Below the pieces are notes generated by a model that saw nothing but the letters and a program-made list of their open reading frames with translations, made no database searches and was not told the DNA's origin. Source: Spironucleus salmonicida (Eukaryota). Taken from it: 64,000 bases of DNA. A program made the translations under genes and the position numbers. Location: positions 186,001 to 250,000 of the forward strand of contig NC_090602.1 of NCBI RefSeq assembly GCF_000497125.1, in the 5' to 3' direction. Each line of letters opens with the position of its first letter. The first letter of the stretch is position 1. Shown here in pieces: positions 12,318 through 26,400 of this stretch.

Positions 12318-13361
12318 TCATATAATATTTAGCATATTCTTTCTTAAATCCTAAACTGTACTTTTACTTCGCCTAACATGATCTTTGTCGTACATTTCAA
12401 ATCTTTTAGAGTTGTTTCTAATTGGTGTAACAGAATTTAAAAGGTTTTATAAATCATCACCTAAACCTGGACCTGGACGTCTAAATTTAGGCTTTCCTGG
12501 AGGAGGTCCAAATATTGTTTTTTATGGGGTTTATATTTTAAAAGTTGACTTGGATACAGAAAATGATTTTAATTTAGGAGTATTAATTTCTGATATGATA
12601 GATTGACAACTTTACTGCTATTCACCAGTTACAAAATTTTTAATGCCAGATTTTGGTGTTGAGAAAACATTCCTTACTGTATTGGTAGGAAGATTAATCT
12701 GACCTCTGTATGTATTCACTGCATTCGAATCATATTTATATGAGTTTTATATTTTAACGGATTTAGAACGTTTCTTTTCAGGCGTACAGTTTTCTTGTTT
12801 GAGATCTGATAAATATTAACTAATATTAACCATTGATGATTTTTTCGGAGATAAATGGATCAAAACTGACCTAGATTTCCTTTCTGCATGATGTGCTAAA
12901 TTTTCCTATTTACAATTTAATTGAATAAGTTATTAAAGAAGAGTTGCAATCTAAGATTCTTTAAAATCATTTGGTGACCGCTATATAAATCCTCTGAGTT
13001 CAAAGCTTGCTGGATGACCCTCAAAAATTTTATACCCTTTTGAGTTATAAACTATGACCTGAGGAAGACATGGAGATTTTAATAAATCAGAAAAAGTTGT
13101 ATTATCGATTATAATATTTTCTGAATACAATAATTACGGATATTTTATATTTTAATGCTCCTATGTAACAAATGCTGTGAAAGTTTTAGTTGTTGAAGAT
13201 AAGTTGATGAACCGTTAAATATAATCTAAGGAAGACAATGCGGTTGTAGCGAAATAATATAAAGCTATATTTTAGCCTTTATAATATGGCTTGACATAAT
13301 TTTAAAATCTTGCTTTTTTAGGTGCATAATGCCAGTTATCTACAACTTTATCTATAAACAT
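12318..13361 (-). CDS. Hypothetical protein, 347 aa; N-terminal thioredoxin-like fold without CxxC, Ser/Pro/Lys-rich tail
   Basis: ALYYFATTALSS...LPQVIVYNSKGYKIFEGHP resembles TlpA/Trx-like domains; start and stop are in the same code-6 frame. Confidence 0.7.
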
Positions 13362-13426
13362 TATTTTAAATTTTAAAGAAATATATTATTATATTACTTA
13401 TAATTAAATATTACTTTTGCGGAAGA

Positions 13427-13798
13427 ATGCCAGAAAAAGAATCATTTAATGCAGTATTTTTCGATATGACATGGCGTGATCGTCTTAATAAAGAATATTC
13501 AGAAGTATTAAAAACAAGAAAGTAACCGGATATTACTTTATATCATAATACAGAAACATAGTATATTTTTGGAGGTTCAGATTTGAAATAAGATTATCAC
13601 AGCGAGATGACAGCATCATTTGGGGCGCGAGGAAAAATGATTCAAGATCGTCCTGATGTAAAATTAGATAAAAATACATTCATACCAGAGTCAGAATATC
13701 ATACTACAAATGGCGATACATATGGATATGGAGATAAGTATGAAAAAACAGATTCAAACATATTTACAGGTACTCATAAGATGTGCAAATATTAATGA
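13427..13798 (+). CDS. Hypothetical protein, 123 aa (possibly a ciliary microtubule-associated protein)
   Basis: MPEKESFNAVFFDMTWRDRLNKE...EYHTTNGDTYGYG...KYQ*; includes track ORF 13607..13795; ends TAA-TGA. Confidence 0.7.
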
Positions 13799-14427
13799 GT
13801 CAAATTTTTATCAATTATATATTATCTGATGAATATAAGTTTAATAATCAGGTAATTTTACCTGTATTTAAGCTTATAAGATATTACCTTTTATATAATT
13901 CATATAATTTTAATAACAAATCAGTAGACTAGTATAAATATATTAAGAGTAAAATTCAATATTCTTCAATATTATTTTATGATTCAGGATAATACAAAGA
14001 AGATTCAAATAACTGTAATACATTTGTTACCAAACAAACATGTAAGCATGTTAGTATTAAAAATTTATTATAACTTTTATATTTACTTCTTATGTAAAGC
14101 TTTCAGAGGAGTAATCTTCAACATCCAATAGGAACTAATAATACTAAGCATGAAAAATTAAATATATAAATGGTCTTCATATTATTTAATTTATTTCACT
14201 ATCACTTATATTTAGTATTTTCATACAAAAAATTATTAAAATAGAAAATAATTATCCATCATTGATTCATCTTATTTGTTAACTATTTTAGTAACTGCAG
14301 GTTTTATTTAATTAGTGACTTCTCATGACTTGATATTATATTTATTTCGCCTTCTTTATTTCTTGCCAAGGTGCACTCCTTAGAGATACGAAATATAGAT
14401 TATAAGTATAAAACGTAATAATCACGA

Positions 14428-17400
14428 TCATAATGCTCCCACTCCAAAAAATGCACCGAGTCTCAAAATCTCTTCAGCTGCAAATTTACCGGAATTTTCA
14501 ACTAAAACAATTGGTTTACAAATTCCACCACATCTGACTGGAATAGGTACGTACTTGCGGCTCACAGCTGTGCAATTTTTCCAACTTTAACCTTCCAATT
14601 CTCCTAAATTTTCAGTTGTTACTACAGCAAAATATACAGAAAACTCCTCCTCGAAACCTTACAGATCGGCAGTACTGTAGTTTACCAACTCACCCAAAAT
14701 AGGGTCAAAACTCGCTCCAAAAAGTTGCAAGTTTGTCACTTCGATACTGAAGACCCCTAAGCTCGATTCCACCAGATCACCGTTTTTCTATAAAATAAGC
14801 TACGATTTTGGTCGTTTTAAAAGGCCAATTACTCGAGTAAACTATAGTGGAATTACTGTTTTTAGAGAGTGCAAAATGCGCTGAAAATTCAATATATTAC
14901 CTAGCTCGAAAATTGCAATTTGACCGTTAATTTTCCAAATATTTTCCAGAGAATGAAAGTACGTTTGCTATCCCACAACTTCTAATTAGGACTGGAAAAT
15001 AGTCTAAAAGAAGTGGTAAGGCTGTTAGAAATTCGTAAAATAGAGCGGGTTTTACTGCTAATTAAGTGATTTGAAGAAGATAGCAAGTTAGCTTGGGAAC
15101 ATCCGAGACAGTTCGTCACTGTTTACAAAATTCTACTCAGTTCTTTTCAGGAGATTCTATGTTTAGAGTATTCTAGATTCTCTACATGATAAGAATGCTC
15201 GTGATAGTCTTTCTGGAAGTGGGATATTTAGGGCACATCGAAGCTGAGTTCTTGTAACTTGATCTGGAGATTGGATTGAAATTAGTGTATTAAGATGCTT
15301 CAGCTTTTATAAAATTTCAGATATTGAGATGTTCGAAGTTGAAAATTATAGAGTTTCAAAAATATTATCGATTAAGACTATTGATCGGTTTTACTAATTT
15401 AGCGTAGCGTAAACTGAATCATGCATTTTTTCAGGATCTAACACGTTAATAAATGGGTCCTTAAAGTTTTAAAGAGCATTAATTAACACATTATAATCAT
15501 CAAATATGATTTTTTGAGGTTTTTATACCTTTACTTTTTATTTAGGCTCATTAGTTAAGCATTACATATTTGTTGACCCATCTGAGGACTCTTAACCTGT
15601 AATTTAGCTTGACTATTCTACTGAACTTGACATATTTGAAATAGAGGATTTAGAGAAACTATCTTCATCCATAAACTCTGGATTATCTACGTCGTCCCCT
15701 TCGTCGTCAGAATAATTTCCTTTATCGTTTTAAATTTAAAATACAGCATCATTACTATTAAGTGATATAGTTCTTTATTCATTAACAGAAGAAACTAGTT
15801 GCTATGGTAAAATATTTATTATTGACAAGTCTAAATTAACAAGCTATTTTTAGCTTTCATCAAAATCTAGTTATTCCATGGAGATGTATCTAGAAAATTT
15901 CCAAGAAGTAGTTTCTATTATATTGTAACTAAGATAATTTACCTAAAACCAATTTTTAGCTACATCTTCAAAATGATTAAATATAGGTTAATCTGACTCA
16001 ATTTAACTGTCTTATAATGACATTGATAGAACTAAAGTTAATAATGATTCTTTATCGGTTAATCTAATATTGTAGGGGGATGGACTGAACTTATAAAATG
16101 ATTGAATAATGATTGTAAAAATATGTTAAAATGACTATAATGGATTAGAAGGTCTTTACAAATAACAGAATATTGGATCAATAATATTCATCAATGAATA
16201 TAAACTATTTGTCCAATTTGAAATATAAGACTAAGATAATTATCTATTAATTGAAGATGTGTAGTATTCAGCATATAAACAAGATGGAATTAATATAATC
16301 CAAGGATGTAATTTTGTTTATGATATTTTGGCTTACAAAACATTATTTGTTATATTTTAAATTTGAGTATTAAATGTAAAAACATCTATTAACGTAATTT
16401 ATAAGATATTATCATCAGTAATTTCTTCATCAGATATAATATACTCAAATTTTCTAAATTCTTATAAATTTATCATAACATTCTAAATAAGTTTTGATAT
16501 ATGGAAATATTGATCGTAAAAAATAACTCCAAACGAAATATTATCTTTAGCTGATTTGTTTAAAATAGAAATTATTTATTAACATATTTGATAAATTACA
16601 GGGTCTAAAATAGTACTAATAGAGAACTGCTCATCAAATTATAGTATATTTTTGAAGTAGTGAAAAGGTTTAGTAAAGCAAGTTATTAGGTCATCATGAT
16701 TAGCAACATATTAATTATTACAAATACCTGATGCTTATTTCTCTACACTTGGAAGAAGGCTATTGACTAATTAAAATGGGGATCCACCGGTACTTCCTGA
16801 TATTAAAGTTGATAAAGTCTCAATCTCATGAATAATATTTTCTGGCTTCAAAACCGAAGAAATTAAGAACATTGCATGATATGATGGATACTCATTTATA
16901 TTAAATCCTTTTGGTGGAACTTGTACCTATGTATGTTCTGCTGTTTTATATAATTAGTCAAATAACCATCGATGTTCTTCAGATTTCGTCAATATTTTGT
17001 TTAGCCATTAAGGATTTTTCATGGAAAATCCTCTAATCATTGATAATAATGGACTTTTAACCTTCGATAAATTAACAAATGTTGCCGTATTTTTTAAAAA
17101 GAATTGCATTGTATTTTTCATTAGTTTATTGTACCTAGATAAAGCTTGCATAGTAATCCAGGAATATTATAATTATGATGACATTCTACATAATTCTGGA
17201 ATAACTTGTTTAATATTCTGTATCTTTTTAAGTTATTTATGTATTTATTAGCTGGAATACATTTTTTATATTGAAAAAATATTATTAGGATTAAATGACA
17301 AAGATAAAGCTTAAGCACAAACCATTTTTGCATAGTCTTAATATTTGTTAGTAAAAATGCTATTAATCAACGATATATCGAAATATTAAGCGCGTATGCT

Positions 17401-20400
17401 ATCGATGGATAATAATCCAGACACTCCAAATATAATATTATATGCAATTAACCATAATGAAGAAAGGACGTCTTATGGAACCATTAATGATAATCTGGTA
17501 GATATAACGCTTAGGGCACAGCTAGCAATAAAAATAATAATATCGTTAGGCTGATTTTTAGCAAGATAAAATAGTGGATAAATATCTACAAATATCTGAA
17601 CATCATATTATTTTTATTCTTTGTCAGATAATTCTCTAGTTACAGTAGATAGTTAACTGATAATTTTTTCTTTAAAAAGTATTAATTATTACCTAATTTA
17701 TTATATAAGCAAACTCATAAATTCTGAGGACGTAAAATTAGCCAATGGAGTTTATATTATTTATAATTACGATATAACATACTAGAATGATTAGATACTT
17801 TATGATACAACTAGTAAATTATCATATATTGACTTCTTTATCAATTATTTTGATAAACATAAAAGTTCAAATTCACCATTTACTTCATCAATATACTAAT
17901 CAAGATCAATTAAGGTAACTAATTAAAATCTAGACTTACTAAATGTTTTTACAGATTTGAATAAAACATCCAACATTTTACTTTATGCTTTATTACTTTA
18001 CATAAAAACAGAGATTTCCTAAATAACAACTATAATGTGGTCAGTTTAAATTTTGGCTACTTCAAAGGTATCTTTATTATATTCTATTGTTAATTTATCA
18101 AGTTTAGCAAAAATATTAGCCTTAAAGTATGTCATGTATAGTTTATGTAAAGCATTGATAGAAATAAGAATTTGGGTCTTAGCAACCCTAATTTATTCTT
18201 TAGAGTATCTATCATTATAAATTGGGCCAAAAACTTCAGTTACTAGGTTTTCACAAATAGTATACTATTAATTAGATCCTTATTACTACTCAGATATGTT
18301 TAAACACTAAATAGATGAATTATCTATTAAACTAACTTAATATAAATCGAGTTATTTTAAGATATCGTGAATATTATCTTTACTATCGAATCCTAAAACT
18401 ATAGGAATATCTTTTAATGGTATTTGACTGGTTAATCTAAGAGGCCCTATAATAATTTTATTCTAATACTTAGTTTGCGGTGAAATTTTTTATAATATTA
18501 ATTTCCTAACAAAATACAATAATTTAATATTTACATTTTTGGTTCTAAAACTATTAAATACAATAACTTTTTAATCAAGAATCGCTGATTTTAATTTTTA
18601 TAATGAAATTCCTAAAGGATCACATATATTAATAATTACTACTAATGATTATAACTTTTCCACGAATTAATGAACAACCTAGTGATCATAATCTTTACCA
18701 CTAATTAATTGTGTTACAATATTTTATGATGTTATGTTATAAAACTAAGAAGCTATACATAATCCAGCTGCTCTAGCTAATTTATCATCAATAAATTAAA
18801 TGCTTATTCCTATATTATAGTTAAGGAGTGCTGATTAAAGAATACAGTAATATGGATCACCTATTTACCAAGGGAAATTATAATATTGAATCACAGGTAA
18901 AATAGGCCAATCAGGTTTAAGTTATTCAATAATATTATTTAACATCATAAACTTACCTCCTGTTAACGTGTTATTTCCAATTATAACTGTATCTGATTAT
19001 AATAATTTTGTTGATATAACTCTATCCTTATATAGTTATTCTGAATGTCTAACATTAAATCCATAGAATTAAAGTATGAGTAAGTATTAAAAGTTAAATT
19101 TATCATAAAATGTATCTAAATTATTATAGATTTTGGTAAGATGAGCACCTAAATCTCCATATGAACCTGTATGAATCGCTTATAAAAATTATTAATCATC
19201 CAAATTATCATTAAGCCCAAATATTAGGAAGCTTACAGCTCCGACCACATCTATTGCTAATGATTTAAGTGAAACTTATTAAGACATTATTTCTTACGAA
19301 ATTATAGAAAGCGTCGATTTAAAAAAGTCTCGCATCATAACAGCCTCCGCCACTGAAGCTTATACTCTTTGTTAATCTGCTGTTAAAGGTATACCATCTT
19401 AAACAGATTAAGAATATATTTTTGACAATAATTTATTAATTATTCCTTAGAAATAACTGATAGATATTTCTTGTATTTATAGTTATCTGAATTCTTATTT
19501 TGCAGGTTCCGCTAGTCTCTCATATAGTCCAAGCATATTTTAAGTTTTTTCGTATACAAAGTCTAAGATATATAACTTACTTAGAATTTAGTGAGATAAA
19601 CTTACACATATTTCTGTAAATTTAATGAAATTAATAACAGGTGACTTATTATATTTACTAAATTCTTTATAAACAGCTGTCTAAGAATATATTAAATCCT
19701 ACTCAAATACTGAAAAATTGAAATGGATTGCTTTATATTACATTTTTTCTGGTTTTTTACAACCACTCAAAAGATATATATCGTATAACGAATTCCTTTT
19801 CTAAGTTAATAAATTAGAATAATATTAACGTTCATGTTGTTTCTATACTTTTAATAAGATAGGCTTTAATGACTTTTCACTTTGTAAGAAAGATTTGAAA
19901 ACCTTGCTTTTATCATGAATTTTATGTTTTTAGAATTAATTTACTTAAAATACAGGTAAATTTATAGACTCAATATCCTTATAAACAGATTATAATTTAG
20001 GTGTATTGTTGATTTCAATAATTGATAGATTAGATGCTAATATACTACTTATCATTTTATAATGGACAATTGATTCAATCTAGTAATTATGACAAATTAA
20101 CATAGTAAGGCATTATAATTCTTCAATAGTAAATAAATTTTAAACAATATTCATTGGATTTAATAGCCTAGTCAAAATATCTTTTATAGTAAAATTACTA
20201 TTTATTTTGTAGTTTAAAGTAAAACTGTCTATTAAAAGTATACATTCTAATGGCATCATTGTCATATCATCTAATAACTATAATTTACTTTTAGATCGCT
20301 TATTTCTTTTTTATGATATATATTTTTAACTCATTTCATCCCAGTTGGTACATTTAATTGGAAGAGAAGATAAAAATCTTCCATTTGATATTATTTTTGA

Positions 20401-23400
20401 TGGGAAAAGAGATGTTAATTTAGAGTTAATTTTAATGTGTGCAAATAGTTCAGGAACTTCATCATCATAGTTTTCTGCAACAACTATATCAGGCCTAATA
20501 CCAAGACACATACCAACAGAAATTCTTAAAATCATGAATATCTATACTAAGTCTAGTTATTAGTCCGTAAATTTATTTGTTTTTCTATATTTTCCTATAA
20601 TATCTATAATATAATTTGTAATATTAAAGCCTTTCCCTTATAAATTGGTCTTAGAATCCGTCAATATTTAGTTTTAAATAGCAGATACGTCAACTATATG
20701 AACAACTTTGTCCTTTATTTCCTAATCTGCTTGTGTAAAGAATCTAGCTCTGATCTTTTATTTAATACTAGATTATGAGGAGACTTAAGATGATCTATCT
20801 GATACAGATGTACTATAATCAGAACCTTCGTTAGAATTACCTTATTATGTCTCATTAATAACTGGATATTATAATTATATTTGAGATTCATGTATAATGT
20901 CTGAATTTATTATAACTTTTAATAACTATGTTATTTAATCATTAGTTTAAGATGAATAATGTAAAATATTTATTTTATCATAAAATATTCGTGAAATATA
21001 AGAAGTAGAATAAGGCAATCCTCCAATTGTTGTTTCTTGATCTTATTCTACGTCATCTTGAATTCCAAATAATTCTAAATCTTATTGATATAGTTAATCA
21101 AATTACTAATCTATATCATGTGCTTTATCTTGATCATATATAAACTTACAAATTAATGAAGCAAACTTAACTGACTACTACACAATACAATATCTTTGCT
21201 TTTAGGAATCATTTTCAGAACATATACCTGAAAGACTATTGCTATCAGTAATCTCTATTCCATAAGAAAGAAAAGATGAAAGTTAGGCTTAATTTACTTC
21301 TTTATTGAATAATAAATTTACAATTTTCTTAACTATAGAAATAGTTAAGCTAGAGTCATAGTTAAGATTTTGATAAATTTTCATAATATTGATAAAATAT
21401 TATTAATTTATTTGGGAATATCCTAATCCAATCAAAGTTTCACTATCTAACAATGATTCAATTTAGCTTATGGGAAAGTGTTTAGTTGATTATGCTATAA
21501 GTGAGTCTGTATAACGTAAAAATGTAGGAACTTCGTTTTAAATGAAGTGGTTAAATATAGAAGAATTATAAATATAAGTTTCCCAAGAAGATTTAAGCTT
21601 GAAATCCTAGTCAATAACAATTTAACAATCTTACCAAGGATTATCGATTGTTTCTCCGTCAACAATAATATCATTCAAATATCCTAAAATATCCAAAGTT
21701 GCTAATCGTTCTAATACATGTTAAAGACTTGACTGATCTAGTACCTAAGAAAATACATTGAATAAAGAGTGTACAGACAATGTGCATATCATATTGTCTT
21801 ATGCATCCAAAATACTTTATTATATTGATTAATTTTATAATAAAAGTATGGAAACATTATCATTTACTGAAGTAGTTTACTACTAAATATTAAAGTTATC
21901 TGTAATTTAGTTATTTACAATATATCTTTAATTAGTTAAAAGAAGAACTATAAACTAAAAATTATGCATAAATTCAAAATCAAAGCTACTTTTAAGCATA
22001 ATGAATCCATTAGCAAACTATTTAATATACTGCAGAGAATACTATGGGAAAATAATACTAAACAAATTAACATAGTATTATTCTTCTAATATTGGAACAT
22101 GTAATTAAATAGAGGTAAGTTACACTAATTGAGAATTTTTATCACATTCAATTATAAAACAACAATCTGATAAAGACGAAATACCTTCACATTTTTATTA
22201 AATATTATCGATTTATACATGAAGTTTTTACGAGAATTTTAATATATGATCTCTTAAAAGTAATACAATATCTGAAGAAATTGTATTACTCTTAGATTTG
22301 GAATCAAAATGGAAAGTTGGAAAGCCTAAAGATTAATAATAATCTAGGACACATGATGAATTTATATCATATAATGATGAAATTTTATCTGTTCTGACTG
22401 ATGAAGGGTATCTTGACGATTATAAGCATTTATAATTTCTTCTAACAATTTTTTAAGTTATAGATGACAATATTTATGAAATAACGTTATTATTTTGCAT
22501 ATCTTCTTATAAATTTATACTTACTGGATCTATCATATTTCTGATAAACAATTTAGCTATATTTAGTAAAGTTGACTTACCTGTCTAATAGGATCCGGTT
22601 ATAGAAATAGTAATAGAAGAAATAAGAGAAGCTCCAAGTAATACAATAAATGATGCTCTATGTTAATCAATAAAAAGTTAGGTATGTGAAAGTTTTTAAA
22701 TAGATATTACATTTAAAGGCAAATTCTAATCAATAATACTATCGCTATTTTATAAATTTGATTAAGACAACCGCTAGGACACTATTTACTATGAAACTTA
22801 ACTTACTACATTATTAATAATGTCTTTTTCATATTAATCTGTTAAATTTTAGAGGATGTCCTAACCTAGTTAATATTCTTTAAATAAAATTATATTATCT
22901 ATAAAATGATAATAAGAAAAAATTGATGGTATCTTTTGAGGTATATCCTTAACAGCTTTTTAATAAAACAACTTGATTATTCTTAATTGCTATTCTTATG
23001 TTAGCCCAGTATTTATTTTATGTAATGGTGAAAAATTTTTGTAGTTTAAATTTTTAAATACTTCTTTGTTAAGTGTTGGATATAAATCCATATAATCATA
23101 TGCTAATAATGCAGTTATTGGTACAAATACTGTTAAAATTTCTGTAGTTAATTGCTCTCCAGTTATTATCATATTTATAACTGAATCTAATTTTTGTTAA
23201 ATGGTAGTAAGAAATTGCTTATTGAAAACAATATGCTACTTATTTCCATGAGTTATATTAATGTAAAACAATAAAATAGTATTCCATATTGAAGCAAATA
23301 AAGGTGTAAAAATATTTTTAAAAGCGTCTTCATGTATTGTAGGTTTAAAATAATATTCAAATAAGAATTTATCTTAAAATTCAAATTTTATACTGCCATT

Positions 23401-26400
23401 TAGTCCTTATCCATCAAATTACTAAAATGAAGACAAATATTGTTAGGATAATGTGTTTAGTGTCTATTCTTTGTCTTTAGTAGTTTTTATTAATTTTTCA
23501 TATTCAGCATGATTTTCTATTAAATTTTAAAGATCATATCCTCCAATATCAACTATTGAAGATTATACATTCTAAATTTATAATCGCTAAGAATCAAATT
23601 CATCTTATAGATATGAACTATATTAATTTTATAATTATTCCGATTAACAATATTAGTCCATTTACAATCTTTGTATTGTATCAATATTTAAACTTTAATT
23701 ATCTGTATTCAATATTCTTTAAATAGTTGTATAACTTAATTATTGGTTAGTTGTCTTGGCAATATTCAAGAATTGATTCTACTAATTACGTTTTTAAACA
23801 TTGCATACATTATTTTTCTATAAATATATAAAAATAAGATTTCTTATTAATATTCCCTCCTCAAAACTAGGGTTTATACCAAAGACTTATAATATAGTAT
23901 CTAATAAATATGCATATATTCCATGTAAAAATGACTAAAGTATCATTGTTCTATTTTCTAAGCGCATCATATATTAATCTTTCTAAACTGAAACTAATGC
24001 CTTAAGTTTAAAATCTTATCTTAATAATTCTGAGGCCGAACCAGAAATAATTGAATCCTTTAGCCAAAGGTATCCTAATTTAGTTTCCAATATTTAGCTA
24101 TAATAGTATTTATTAATATACAGTTAGGACAGAAATAGTCTTTTATCTGAAACAGATTATTAATAAGTAGGAATTAAAATAAATTTATGATTAAAAATAT
24201 ATAACTAAGCTTGCTGACCGACATCTTTATATACTGAATAATCAATAGATACAATGACTTAAATTTTGCTAGAAGATTAAGAGTATAATTATTAGATTGT
24301 ATCAATTATAGTAAATAAATCAGATATAGTTGTAATATAAATGAATAGAAGAATAGATTTTTATATAATCTCAAATTAGTTTTGTTAAATAAATGATTAC
24401 AGTGAAATTTAGTCATAGATGTAAATAATTTTTGTTGAGTAAATAACTTATAATAAAGTAAAAAATTTCTTTAAATACGTCTAATTAAATGAAATTAACA
24501 TTAATGGAGAATCTATTGATAATATTTCGTTAATAAATATAATATCATAAGCACACTATAGAGAAACTTGATGCAACTCATGGATAACATGAATTTTATA
24601 TGATGTTTCCCTATTTAAATTCTTTTCAAAATAGTTATTATAATAATTTGCAAAATTGCTTGTTTTAATATTATACACTTTATTATGCTAACGTTATATA
24701 CCTATAGATTGTAAACTTGCTTCATTATATTAGTAAAATACTCTTGCCTATGACATAAGCTATGCGGCTTATACCTAATCTAAACCAAATACAGAAGCAA
24801 TAATATATGATAACATAGTAAAAATAAGGTTATTATCTTCTTAACTGGAAAGTATTTTTTAACTTAACTTCATTATATAATCACAACATGTTGATGCTAC
24901 AGAATATATATCATTTATATCATTAACTCTGTTAAGTATTCTACTAATATCAGCTAACTTTATTTTAATAAAATCTTTATCAAACTATAACAGTATTAAA
25001 GATAAATCAAAAAATGATGCTCCATATACTTATGATAGCTAGTTATAGCTTTATAATGTATCGTCACATGATAATTCAACAATACCAGACAAATAAAATC
25101 GCTATATTTACTTTTTAATATTCTAATCTAATTATAGCTCTAAAAATTATTAATGAGAAACGATGCCAGATTTAGATTTATACTCATTTACTTTAATTTG
25201 AATCTTTTCATAAGTAGATTAAAATTACTCCTAGCTCTAAGTAGAGAAATGATAATTTTAATTATTAAACTGGAATTATAATTCTGGAATAAAAAAGATA
25301 ATATTTCCTAAATTCTCAACTTCTGTAAACTAAACGGGCCGCGTCATAAGTGTTTTTTGCTAAATAGAGCCTAATAATCCTTTTTACTTTAGTGATATAT
25401 TTGTAATGTCTTAAGAAATATAATGATATTTACAACATCCTGTTTGTGTTGTAAGCATTTTAGTAAAATGCACTAATTCTTATACTTAATCATTATCTAA
25501 AGTTATTAATCCGTAGATAATAACAAATGAACCACAAAGTATGTATTTTTCAATAAGTTTAAATTATTCTTAGAAATTAGTGGATGAAAAGAAAACTTCT
25601 TAAACCCGTCTTTATAGTTAAAGTGATAGCAACGTAGTGATGTTCAAAAATTATTTATTTTTGATACCTTATTACTTTGCTCCTAGTAAAAATACCGACT
25701 AACGTTTGGAAAACAGAATAAATATTTAAGAGAGTATTTCTTATAGCTATGTATTAATAGTAGGCAACATATTTGCAAAAACATACCCAGATTCTATTGA
25801 ATATTCTTATTTTACATTTTATATAAATATCTTCTTGTCGTCCACATCTAGTATTTAGACAGTTATATTATCATTGTAACTACTATTTTTCCATTATAAA
25901 AAATTTTATGCAGATAATAACTTTTTAAATAAAGTTAAATATAAAGTTAATAAATTTTAAACCTCAATAAAATCTGCATACCTTAACAAAAGATCATTAA
26001 TAAATTAAAGTTGGATGTCTAAAAATTATATTTGTATCTGTACTTTAAAATTTTTAATTGCTACTCTATAATAATTAATAAAGTGTGTATTAATAACAAT
26101 CTGTAGAATGTGCTGATCTGTTATGCTGAAAAATGAATTTTAAAGATCTTGCTCTATTTGATTTGCTGAATAACCTATTAAATTTTATTTTTATTCCACA
26201 AACCGTAAATAAACAATATTGAACAAATCCCAACCATGAAGAGCTTATGAAATAAGAGTTTGCTTACAAATCTTATCCAGCTCATCCAATACTTGATAAT
26301 TGAAACCTGGCGATTGAATATTTTAAATAAATTTATATTATTAATTTTTTGTTAGTAACAATCCTGAAATTTAATTTTAATCATAAATTAATGTCTCTAC

